Shown here piece after piece: positions 43,557-51,279 of a stretch of 51,279 nucleotides of DNA. Made by a program: the position numbers and the translations under genes. The DNA comes from an uncultured Candidatus Saccharibacteria bacterium (GTDB lineage: Bacteria; Patescibacteriota; UBA1384; 2-12-FULL-50-11), in NCBI GenBank assembly GCA_964362925.1, contig CAYIGA010000001.1:1-51279 (forward strand), written 5' to 3'. Position 1 is the first letter of the stretch. Every line of letters starts with the position of its first letter. Under the pieces are notes generated by a model. It saw nothing but the letters and a program-made list of their open reading frames with translations, was not told the origin of the DNA and searched no databases.

Positions 43557-43591
43557 GCCGCTGATTCGCCATTCGGGCCAATCAGCGGCCA
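43557..43591. terminator. 11-bp perfect hairpin between convergent genes
   Basis: GGCCGCTGATT-13 nt-AATCAGCGGCC. Confidence 0.55.
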
Positions 43592-43609
43592 ATCTTTACT
43601 TGCGTCGCT

Positions 43610-44194
43610 TTACTTCCTGCCTTGGCGGAAAAATTCTGCCACCTTAGACCAGTCAAGATTGTTGAAAAACGCTTCCAGGTAATCAGCCCGTTTGGTTTGA
43701 AAATCCAAGTAGTAGGCGTGTTCGTAAACATCAATCGCTAAAATCGGTACGGCGTTCCAAATTGGAAAGGTGTTTTGGGCGTCGCCGAGATAATTAAATA
43801 GCTTGCCAAAGTCGCGATCGTAAGCTAGCCAGGCCCAGCCGCGAGCGGCCATCGCCGTCGCCTTAATATCGGATTGCCAGTTTTCGTAAGAGCCGAAATC
43901 TTTCTCAAGCGCTGATCGCAGATCGCCAGACGGTTCGCCACCCTGGCCTCCAAGGTGTTCAAAATACAACTCGTGATTTTTGACCCCGCCGATGGCGAAC
44001 GACAGGTCGGTCTTAAGGGAACGAAGATCGGAAAATGTCTGATTGGCCGTCGTTTTGTCAGCCGTCGCCAAACGCTCGGTAATCTCGTTGTATTTTTTAA
44101 TATAACCCTCGTACAACTTGTAGTGCTCGGTCATCGTCCGCTCGCTGATGCCGTTCAAGGCCATGATCGAAGAGAATTCCTTGGCTATCAACAT
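43610..44194 (-). CDS. Fe/Mn superoxide dismutase family protein (divergent N-terminal domain)
   Basis: C-terminal DVYEHAYYLDFQ..RADYL motif is typical of Fe/Mn SOD. The N-terminal helical domain is less canonical. Confidence 0.8.
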   Translation of the reverse strand: MLIAKEFSSIMALNGISERTMTEHYKLYEGYIKKYNEITERLATADKTTANQTFSDLRSLKTDLSFAIGGVKNHELYFEHLGGQGGEPSGDLRSALEKDFGSYENWQSDIKATAMAARGWAWLAYDRDFGKLFNYLGDAQNTFPIWNAVPILAIDVYEHAYYLDFQTKRADYLEAFFNNLDWSKVAEFFRQGRK

Positions 44195-44200
44195 ACTTCC

Positions 44201-44248
44201 ATATTAAGTAACTCCGGTCTTGATTTCAATGCCTAAAAATGATACTAT
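44201..44248. promoter_or_regulatory. back-to-back promoters: SOD (TTGAAA-17-TAATAT, 6 nt to the ATG) and the RuvC-like gene (TTGATT-17-TGaTACTAT)
   Basis: Read directly on both strands. The -35 boxes overlap at 44220-44229. Confidence 0.5.
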
Positions 44249-44283
44249 CAGACAATCACGTCACAGATCAGAGGATCCAAACG

Positions 44284-44856
44284 ATGCCCTTTCAAGCAGT
44301 CAATGAGCCGGATTTGGCGATCGGGATTGACCCGGGAAAAAAAAAGACCGGGGTAGCGACTCAGCTGAAAAATGGGATAGTCGAGTTAGTCACGGTTTAC
44401 AAGAAACGTGAAGATCCGATCGCCACCATGAGAGGGATCTGGAAGCGATTAAACTGTCAGGCTGATTGGAAAATACTCGTCGCTATCGAGCTCCCCGAAA
44501 AAAGAAAAGGTGGCAAGCAACTTCTCTCCAGGGCGATATGGATTGACGCCCGCAAGGAAGCAAGTATTTGGAGAATAGCGGCCGAAAGCGTCTTCGGTCT
44601 AGAGGTTATCATCTGTAATGTCAGACCCAATGATAGACATCCGATGATACCTTTGACTCGGACCTATCCTGACGACCATGTCAGGGATGCCGCGGCAGTC
44701 CTGAAGATCGCTCGGAATCGTTTTATGGGTGGGGAGACGCAACCGATGATTATGAAGAATGGAGTAATAAGGACACTCAGTCGTCGCCATCAACGTCGGC
44801 GACCGTATCAGAGGGAGAGCAACAGAGACCGCAAAAGAAGTTCTGACGACGAATAA
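44284..44856 (+). CDS. RNase H-fold (RuvC/YqgF-like) nuclease candidate with an Arg-rich tail (190 aa)
   Basis: LAIGIDPGKKKTGVA (first Asp), ILVAIELP (Glu), DDHVRDAAAVLKIA (C-terminal Asp pair) and the tail RRHQRRRPYQRESNRDRKR. Start at the ATG at 44284 with GAGGA 8 nt upstream. The track start lies in the promoter spacer. Confidence 0.55.
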   Translation: MPFQAVNEPDLAIGIDPGKKKTGVATQLKNGIVELVTVYKKREDPIATMRGIWKRLNCQADWKILVAIELPEKRKGGKQLLSRAIWIDARKEASIWRIAAESVFGLEVIICNVRPNDRHPMIPLTRTYPDDHVRDAAAVLKIARNRFMGGETQPMIMKNGVIRTLSRRHQRRRPYQRESNRDRKRSSDDE

Positions 44857-44873
44857 CCCTGAGCCAGCCGAGT

Positions 44874-46016
44874 TTAGCTCGGCTGGCTGATCTCTTTTAG
44901 GGCCAAAATTATTCGCTCTATATCATTTTTTGAGGTTGGCCGGCCAAGAGAAATCCGGATCGTTTTATTAATCTGTTCGCTTGTCAGACCAATGGCGGCT
45001 AAGACATGAGAGTCGGTCAGTGATTTGGCGCTACAAGCTGAACCGGAGGAAACGGCGATGCCTTGTTGATCGAGCGCTTTGACCAAATTAGTTTCTGTGG
45101 TCGGCACGATAACGGAAAGATGATTTGGTAGTCGGGGCGCGGTTTTAGCGTTAATTTGACAGCCCAAGACTTCTAAGCTTGTTCGCAATTGGTCACGAAG
45201 CTGACCGATCTTTTTGAAATCGGCACTCCGACTCCTTAAAGAAATCTCACATGCCTTAGCCAGCCCGGCTATACCGGGCACATTTTCCGTACCACTTCGG
45301 AGCGATTTTTCTTGCCCTCCACCGTAAACTATCGGAAAAATCTGGACGCTGGACCTGACAAAAAGCGCTGCCACCCCCCTTGGACCGTAGAGCTTACCGC
45401 CATTAAACGTTAGTAAGTCAACACCTAGTGTTTCAGTATTTAATTCCAGCCAAGCCGCCGCTTGACAGGCATCGGTGTGAAAATAGATGCCGTGAACACG
45501 GGCAATATTGGCAAAATTCTTGATTGCTTGGATAACACCAATTTCCGAATTGGCCAAATGGATACTGGCTAGAATTGTTTCGGGGGTAACGGCATCGGCA
45601 AAATCTTCAACCGAAATTCGGCCAGCACGATTAACCGGCAAGTAGGTAACGTCAAAGCCATCTCGCTCTAAGGCCTGAGCGGCGTTTAAGACACTTGGGT
45701 GTTCAATGGCCGAAGTAATAATATGGTTGCCTTTTTGACGATTGGCCCGAGCTACCCCAATCAGAGCTAAGTTATTTGACTCCGTTCCCGAGGCGGTGAA
45801 ATAGACTTCATCTGGTCGACACTGGAGAAATTGGGCAATTTCGGTTCGAGATTGATTAAGACTCATTTCGGCCGCCGCCCCAAAACCATGAAGACTCGAT
45901 GGATTGCCGACTAGGGCTTCGTTAACTTCGGCCAGTCGGCCGATGACCCGACTGTCAGTTGGGGTTGAGGCGGCATAATCGGCGTAAACTAAAACTGATT
46001 CCGACATTCGAGGCAT
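44874..46016 (-). CDS. cysteine desulfurase (class V aminotransferase, NifS/IscS-like)
   Basis: 380 aa. AIEHPSV, HTDACQA, a GGKLYGPRG lysine region and a C-terminal SSGSACSA catalytic Cys loop. Confidence 0.9.
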   Translation of the reverse strand: MPRMSESVLVYADYAASTPTDSRVIGRLAEVNEALVGNPSSLHGFGAAAEMSLNQSRTEIAQFLQCRPDEVYFTASGTESNNLALIGVARANRQKGNHIITSAIEHPSVLNAAQALERDGFDVTYLPVNRAGRISVEDFADAVTPETILASIHLANSEIGVIQAIKNFANIARVHGIYFHTDACQAAAWLELNTETLGVDLLTFNGGKLYGPRGVAALFVRSSVQIFPIVYGGGQEKSLRSGTENVPGIAGLAKACEISLRSRSADFKKIGQLRDQLRTSLEVLGCQINAKTAPRLPNHLSVIVPTTETNLVKALDQQGIAVSSGSACSAKSLTDSHVLAAIGLTSEQINKTIRISLGRPTSKNDIERIILALKEISQPS

Positions 46017-46047
46017 TTTAGCAATTTCACAGCCCCAAAATCAACCC

Positions 46048-46743
46048 TCAATCACTTTCCGTCGACAGAACCGCCACTTTGGTTCTGTCACGAAGGAGGT
46101 TTTGGAAACGGTTGGCCTCGACCACCGACCCAAGAATTTTGCCGTAATGCATCGGAATGGCCAAATCCGGCTCGATCAATTCAGTCGCTTTAACCGCCTC
46201 GTCTACCGTCATTACAAAGGTGCCAGAGATTGGCAGAAAGGCAACGTCAATTTTTTTAGCCATTTCCATTTCGGGAATTAAATCGGTGTCACCGGCGTGA
46301 TAGAAACGGAGATTCTTCGCCTTTTCCAAAGTTACTTCCACCACAAAACCAACCCCGCCCAAAATTTTTGGGTGAAAGACTTCATTCGGCGTCCGAAATT
46401 TATCGACGTTGTAAGCCGGAATTGCCCAATAGGTAATCGGGCCAGAGGTGACTTTGTCCGACCCGTTGTAGGGATCTAATTGATTGGCAAATTCCGACAA
46501 TTCACCGGCACAACATTGGGGCGCCACGACTCGCGATTTTGGCCCAAGCAACTTACGGATCGACGGAACATCGCAGTGATCAAAATGGGGGTGAGAAATG
46601 AAGATAAAATCGACTGACGCCAAATCGCCGTAATAGTCATACGGATCAAAAACGAAACTAACAGCTGGTTCGGTTGAAGAAACTAGAAAACCATCGTGTC
46701 CCAAAGCCGTGATGGTTGCTCCTTTGTAGATTGTTTGGCGCAT
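46048..46743 (-). CDS. MBL-fold metallo-hydrolase
   Basis: HPHFDHCD motif. 231 aa. Start overlaps the gap stop (TAATG). Confidence 0.85.
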   Translation of the reverse strand: MRQTIYKGATITALGHDGFLVSSTEPAVSFVFDPYDYYGDLASVDFIFISHPHFDHCDVPSIRKLLGPKSRVVAPQCCAGELSEFANQLDPYNGSDKVTSGPITYWAIPAYNVDKFRTPNEVFHPKILGGVGFVVEVTLEKAKNLRFYHAGDTDLIPEMEMAKKIDVAFLPISGTFVMTVDEAVKATELIEPDLAIPMHYGKILGSVVEANRFQNLLRDRTKVAVLSTESD

Positions 46744-47744
46744 TACTTCCCTGTCAGAATGGCTAGCTCAACTAAACGATTGGAATAGCCAAATTCATTA
46801 TCGTACCAGGCGATGACCTTGACCATATCGCCGTCGATCACTTTGGTTAGGGCGGCGTCAACAATTGCTGAAGCCGGATTGCCGACGATGTCGTGAGAAA
46901 CTAGCGGCACGGTGGTGTATTCTAAAATACCTTTGAAGCGCGGTTCGGTGGACGCCGTTTTTAGCGCAACGTTGACTTCTTCAACGGTCGTTTTCTTTTT
47001 GACGATAAAAGTAATGTCGGAGAGCGAACCGACGGGCGTGGGAACACGGATGGCCAAGCCGTCAAATAATCCTTTGAGTTCGGGAATGACCTCGGTTGTA
47101 GAGATGGCGGCGCCGGTGGTGGTCGGGACGATATTCTCGGCCGCGGCCCGGGCTCGGCGTAAGTCCGAGTGTGGCCCGTCCTGGAGATTTTGGTCGGCGG
47201 TATAGGAATGGATAGTTGTCATCATCGCTTTCAAAACACCAAACTCGCGGTTGATAACGGCAACCACCGGGGCGACGGAGTTGGTCGTGCAGGAGGCGTT
47301 GGAGATGATCGGATCGTCGGAACTCAAGTCGTCTTCGTTGACGGAAATAATATGGGTTGACATTGAGCCTTTGGGCGGGGCGGAGATGACCACCCGCTTG
47401 GCGCCAGCTTGGATGTGGGCCATCGCCTGGACTCTTTCGGTGAAAAAGCCGGTGCATTCCAAGACGATGTCAACCCCTAGTTCGTCCCACGGCAGTATGG
47501 TCGGATCTTTTTCGGCATAGGTTGGAATTTTGGCGCCGTCAATAATCAAATGTTCGCCGTTCAGATCGGTGGAGATTTCGCCCGGCCAGATGCCGTAGTT
47601 AGAATCGTATTTAAATAGATGAGCTAGCGTAGCGTCATTGGTTAGATCGTTGATCGCCACTAATTTGGCGTCATTCCTCTTAAGTAAAATCTTCGCTGAA
47701 GTCCGCCCAATTCGGCCAAAACCGTTGATGGCGATATTGATCAT
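46743..47744 (-). CDS. gap: glyceraldehyde-3-phosphate dehydrogenase
   Basis: MINIAINGFGRIGR, the SNASCTTN active site and WYDNEFGYSNR. An alternative start is 12 nt upstream. Confidence 0.95.
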   Translation of the reverse strand: MINIAINGFGRIGRTSAKILLKRNDAKLVAINDLTNDATLAHLFKYDSNYGIWPGEISTDLNGEHLIIDGAKIPTYAEKDPTILPWDELGVDIVLECTGFFTERVQAMAHIQAGAKRVVISAPPKGSMSTHIISVNEDDLSSDDPIISNASCTTNSVAPVVAVINREFGVLKAMMTTIHSYTADQNLQDGPHSDLRRARAAAENIVPTTTGAAISTTEVIPELKGLFDGLAIRVPTPVGSLSDITFIVKKKTTVEEVNVALKTASTEPRFKGILEYTTVPLVSHDIVGNPASAIVDAALTKVIDGDMVKVIAWYDNEFGYSNRLVELAILTGK

Positions 47745-48137
47745 TGTCCTCAACATATCTTTAAAGTCGACCCCTAGCAACTGGCAGTTTGATACAACTT
47801 ACTCGCTAGCACATCACCACTTTTCTTGATCGAAAAAAGCTAGGTGGAATTAGGCCAAGGCCATTGACTTTTCGCCAGTTATATTATGGGAGCTTTATTT
47901 CCAGTCCCAAATGCGAACATTGTAGAAAGGAAGAGACAATGGTTGGGTGGTGGATTCTTGGCTGGAGACTGTTTGCGGTACTGGTTGTACTAGGTGCGTT
48001 CAGCGGAGTTGGAAGCGGACTACAATATAGCCTACCTCAATCACTAGACTTTCCACGTTCTAGCCCCGGGGTGGACAACCTCCGAACAATTCGGGTAGCG
48101 GTTGCGCTTCGGGGCTTTTTTATGCATTCTTACATCG

Positions 48138-48176
48138 CCTAACCATATCGCACCCCTGGGGTGCGATATGGTTAGG
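48138..48176. repeat. REP element, 39-nt perfect palindrome version
   Basis: CCTAACCATATCGCACCCC-T-GGGGTGCGATATGGTTAGG, 21 nt downstream of the fba stop. TGTAAATTACA follows at 48180-48190. Confidence 0.9.
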
Positions 48177-48196
48177 GCTTGTAAATTACAAATATC

Positions 48197-49039
48197 TTAA
48201 ACTTTACCGTCACTACCAAAAAGTCGGATATGTCGAATTACTTCATCGCGGATTTCGTCGCGAGACGGGGCAAGTTCTTCTCTGGGGTCGTAGATGTCCG
48301 GATCTTTGAGGGTTCGTCGCAGTTCGCGAGTGAAGGCTAAGCGCAAATCGGTGTCAATATTTATTTTACAAACCCCCAGCGCTATCGCCGCGCCAATAAC
48401 CTTTTCGTCGGTGGACGAAGCTCCGTGTAACACCAGCGGTACCTCAACAACTTTGTTGATTTCTTTAAGTAAATCTAAATCAAGCTCTTCGTTCGGTAAT
48501 GGCTTGCCGTGAGTGGAGCCGATTGAGACGGCGAAAGCGTCAACGCTGGTCGCCTTTACAAATTGAGCCGCACGATGCGGGTCGGTAAAATGACCACGAT
48601 TGTCAGCGACATAGTCTTCGCGGCCGCCGATCTGATCTTCTTCGGCTTCAACACTAACTTTCCGACGATGAGCCCGAGCGGTGAAATCTTTAACAAACGG
48701 GATGCGCTCTTTTGGTTCCATTTTTGAAACATCGAGCATGACCGAGCTAAAGCCGATATCAACTGCCTTCTGGACTAACTCAAAGTTGCGACCGTGATCG
48801 AAATGAATCGCCACCGGAATGTCGGTTCGATCGGCCAAGGTCTTAGCGAGGGCAAAAGCCAAATCCAAGCCCATATAGTCAATCGTTTTTTCGCTTATTT
48901 GCAGAATAATTGGCGATCTCTCCTGATCGCCAGCCTCAACAATCGCCATGGCTGACTCTAGTGTCGTCATATTAAAGCCACCGATGGCGTACTTACCAAG
49001 GTCAGCTTGATGGAGAATATTAGAAAGATTAACGAGCAT
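48197..49039 (-). CDS. fba: class II fructose-bisphosphate aldolase
   Basis: 280 aa. Class II aldolase pattern (PIILQISE, HFDHG, LVLHGASS). Confidence 0.92.
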   Translation of the reverse strand: MLVNLSNILHQADLGKYAIGGFNMTTLESAMAIVEAGDQERSPIILQISEKTIDYMGLDLAFALAKTLADRTDIPVAIHFDHGRNFELVQKAVDIGFSSVMLDVSKMEPKERIPFVKDFTARAHRRKVSVEAEEDQIGGREDYVADNRGHFTDPHRAAQFVKATSVDAFAVSIGSTHGKPLPNEELDLDLLKEINKVVEVPLVLHGASSTDEKVIGAAIALGVCKINIDTDLRLAFTRELRRTLKDPDIYDPREELAPSRDEIRDEVIRHIRLFGSDGKV

Positions 49040-50006
49040 CGCTTTTCCGTCTTAATACTCTTTTGATCGCGTGGACAATATCGCTGATGCCTAAATGATA
49101 GTACTCCATCAGCTCGCTAGGCTGGCCAGATTCGCCGAATGTATCCAAAACCCCAATTCGCTCCACTGGCACCGGATAATGATTGGCCAAAACTTCGGTC
49201 ACTGCCGAGCCAAGACCGCCGATAATTTGATGCTCTTCGGCGGTGACAATAGCGCCAGTTTCCTTGGCGGCGTCAATAATTGAGGTGGCGTCAATTGGCT
49301 TGACCGTGTGCATGTTCAACACCCGCACCGATATGCGGCTCTCTAACTCTTTGGCGGCCATAATCGCCCGATAAACCATCTGGCCGTTAGCGATAATAGT
49401 AACGTCATCGCCAGCCAAAATTGGCAAAGCTTTACCTAGTTCAAATGGAGTGTCGTCATTAGTAATAACCGGCGTTTTTTCCCGACCAAAGCGGATATAG
49501 CTCGGTCCAACGTGTCTGGCAATAGCAATGGTCGCTTTTTTAGCCTCAACTGAATCGGTCGGCACGACAACAATTAGATTAGGTAAAACGCGAGTAATGG
49601 CGATATCCTCGAGGGCTTGATGAGTCGCCCCATCTGGCCCGACGGAAATACCGGCATGGGCACCAACTATTTTCACATTTACCCGTGAATAGCATATACT
49701 AACTCTAATTTGATCCCAGTTGCGACCAGGCGAGAAGACAGCGTAAGAAGAGACAAACGGAATCTTTCCAGCCAAAGCCAGGCCAGCGGCCACACCGGCC
49801 ATGTTTTGCTCGGCCACCCCCATCTCAAAATATCGCTCGGGAAAGGCCTCGGCGAACGCTTGGACGCGAGTGCTTTCGACTAAATCGCCACAAAGGGCGA
49901 CAACATCGGGGTTAGTTTGGCCTAATTCAACCAGCCCCTGGCCAAAGCCATCACGGGGCGGAATCTCTTCATAGTTGTCGTGGTGGAGTGGGACTAGATA
50001 CTTCAT
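49029..50006 (-). CDS. transketolase, C-terminal (pyrimidine-binding) subunit
   Basis: RDGFGQGL..., EQNM.GVAAGLA and C-terminal domain. Start set at MKYLVPLHH. Confidence 0.92.
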   Translation of the reverse strand: MKYLVPLHHDNYEEIPPRDGFGQGLVELGQTNPDVVALCGDLVESTRVQAFAEAFPERYFEMGVAEQNMAGVAAGLALAGKIPFVSSYAVFSPGRNWDQIRVSICYSRVNVKIVGAHAGISVGPDGATHQALEDIAITRVLPNLIVVVPTDSVEAKKATIAIARHVGPSYIRFGREKTPVITNDDTPFELGKALPILAGDDVTIIANGQMVYRAIMAAKELESRISVRVLNMHTVKPIDATSIIDAAKETGAIVTAEEHQIIGGLGSAVTEVLANHYPVPVERIGVLDTFGESGQPSELMEYYHLGISDIVHAIKRVLRRKSDAR

Positions 50007-50129
50007 CTCAAAGCTTAAAGCACAAAATGACACTGCTATTTGGATAATTTTGGATTTTGGATTGTGATTTTGTCGCTTCGCTCCTAGCTCTCGCCGATAA
50101 GCGGCTCGACATCGACTGCGTACTCGCTT
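50007..50129 (-). repeat. intergenic repeat family 2, copy D (between the split transketolase genes)
   Basis: The minus strand contains GAGCGAAGCGACAAAATCACAATCCAAAATCCAAAAT...GTGTCATTTTGTGC...TTTGAG, which parallels copy C. Confidence 0.55.
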
Positions 50130-50972
50130 TCATTCGTGTTCGCTTTGAATTTTGCCCCTCAACGTCCTCAACTCTTTTAGCGCCAGTTTGGCTTCGTCGC
50201 CTTTGGGTGGTTTACCGTGCCAGTGCCAATCGTTTTCCATAAAATCAACGCCTTTCCCAGGAATAGTATGGGCGATTATGACGGTCGGTTTCTCAAACAC
50301 GGCTTTGGCGTGACGAAAGGCGGCGACAATATCGTCGAAATTATGGCCGTCGATCTCTAAAACATGCCAATTAAACGACCGATACTTGTCGGCTAGTGGT
50401 TCGAGCGGCATGACATCTTCGGTAAAACCATCAATTTGGATATTGTTTCGGTCAATCACAGCCGTTAAGTTGTGGAGTTGATTTTTACCGGCAAACAAAA
50501 TCGCCTCCCACGTCTGACCTTCGTCGTGTTCGCCATCAGACAAAATAGCATATGTTCTCCACCTGTTATTATTTAATCTAGCCGCTAGAGCCATACCGAT
50601 GGCTTGACTCAACCCTTGGCCCAACGGACCGGAGGAATTTTCAATTCCAGGCAGTGCTAGATTGTGGGGGTGACCGTGGAGACGAGTGCCAAATCGTCGG
50701 AGAGTCATTAATTCTTCAACTGGAAAATAACCCCGATGAGCTAGCGCCGCGTAAAGAATCGGGCAGATATGACCAGCCGATAGAACCAGCCGGTCTCGAT
50801 CCGGCCAAGTCGGTTGGTCGGGGCGAATATTGAGGATCTCAAAATAAAGAGCGGTAAAAATATCGGCCATTCCCAGCGGCCCAGCCGAATGACCCGAACC
50901 GGCCTCAACCAACATCCGAATAACCGCTTGGCGGATTTCGTTGGCTTTAAGTTCAAGTTCCTTGGTCGACAT
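50130..50972 (-). CDS. transketolase, N-terminal (TPP-binding) subunit
   Basis: GSGHSAGPLGMADI, SAGH and GPLGQGLS..., SDGE..EG motifs. Confidence 0.93.
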   Translation of the reverse strand: MSTKELELKANEIRQAVIRMLVEAGSGHSAGPLGMADIFTALYFEILNIRPDQPTWPDRDRLVLSAGHICPILYAALAHRGYFPVEELMTLRRFGTRLHGHPHNLALPGIENSSGPLGQGLSQAIGMALAARLNNNRWRTYAILSDGEHDEGQTWEAILFAGKNQLHNLTAVIDRNNIQIDGFTEDVMPLEPLADKYRSFNWHVLEIDGHNFDDIVAAFRHAKAVFEKPTVIIAHTIPGKGVDFMENDWHWHGKPPKGDEAKLALKELRTLRGKIQSEHE

Positions 50973-51279
50973 TAATTAATTTTTCCAAGTAGTTGTTGGT
51001 AGTTTTCTTGCCAATCGCCTCGTCCGTAAATAGCGGCGGTCGCCACCACAACATCCGCTCCGGCTTCTTTGAGAACGGCAATATTATCTTGGTTCACCCC
51101 GCCGTCAACGGTAATGGTTAGACGATAAGGCTGTTTGTTAAGATAGGCGACGGCCAAGGCAGTATGAGGAAGTTGGTCTTGGCCAGTTTTACCCGGATTA
51201 ACACCCATCACCTGAACGTATGAACTAACGGCGAAAAATCGGCGAAGACTGGTCAAATCGGTTTCGGGGTTGACGTTAA
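50972..51279 (-). CDS. rpe: ribulose-phosphate 3-epimerase, N-terminus outside the window
   Basis: VQVMGVNPGKTGQ and DGGVN...EAGADVVV motifs. The frame is open to the window end. Its stop overlaps the transketolase ATG (TAATG). Confidence 0.85.
   Translation of the reverse strand, partial: NVNPETDLTSLRRFFAVSSYVQVMGVNPGKTGQDQLPHTALAVAYLNKQPYRLTITVDGGVNQDNIAVLKEAGADVVVATAAIYGRGDWQENYQQLLGKIN

Overview
Chromosomal segment of a small-genome, moderately AT-rich bacterium. Gene content (short IF-2 and Obg, split transketolase, compact operons) suggests a CPR/Patescibacteria-like lineage, but that is inference only. Most of the window is housekeeping. On the minus strand: fusA(partial)-X-rpsG-rpsL-rpoC-rpoB, obg, infB-gyrA-gyrB (gyrB carries a 449-aa intein with an HNH domain), two glycan-synthesis genes, nfo, a Fe/Mn-SOD-like gene, a cysteine desulfurase, an MBL hydrolase, and gap-fba-tkt(split)-rpe(partial). 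On the plus strand: uvrB, uvrA, uvrC. No rRNA, tRNA or CRISPR array was found by eye. Several things are not explained by housekeeping. (1) A REP/RAYT system: an HUH/Y1 transposase-like gene bracketed by identical REP hairpins, with two solo REP modules about 20 nt after the infB and fba stops, followed by an ORF-poor stretch of about 400 nt rich in stems and repeats. (2) Self-contained, apparently GC-richer ORFan cassettes wedged next to DNA-topology and repair genes. One is a 568-aa protein with repeated winged-helix-like modules, its own promoter and terminator, upstream of gyrB. One is an Mrr-like PD-(D/E)xK candidate plus a 75-aa Cys protein between uvrB and uvrA. One is a near-consensus promoter, long leader and 179-aa helical ORFan, flanked by unexplained noncoding DNA and a 26-nt perfect palindrome, between uvrA and uvrC. 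Near nfo/sod there is also an acidic 119-aa ORFan and, at host-like GC, a stand-alone RuvC/YqgF-like nuclease. (3) A tandem duplication (promoter included) of a secreted four-Cys protein inside a surface-protein cluster. (4) A CdaR-like YbbR-repeat protein whose N-terminus looks like the CdaA membrane module without a DAC domain. (5) A recurring leaderless promoter layout (TAAGGTAKAAT or TAGAAT, then 6-9 nt, then the start codon) on repair genes. (6) A second intergenic repeat family between co-directional essential genes. I cannot assign a function to any of the ORFan cassettes. They are the best candidates for something undescribed, and all functional statements about them are hypotheses.
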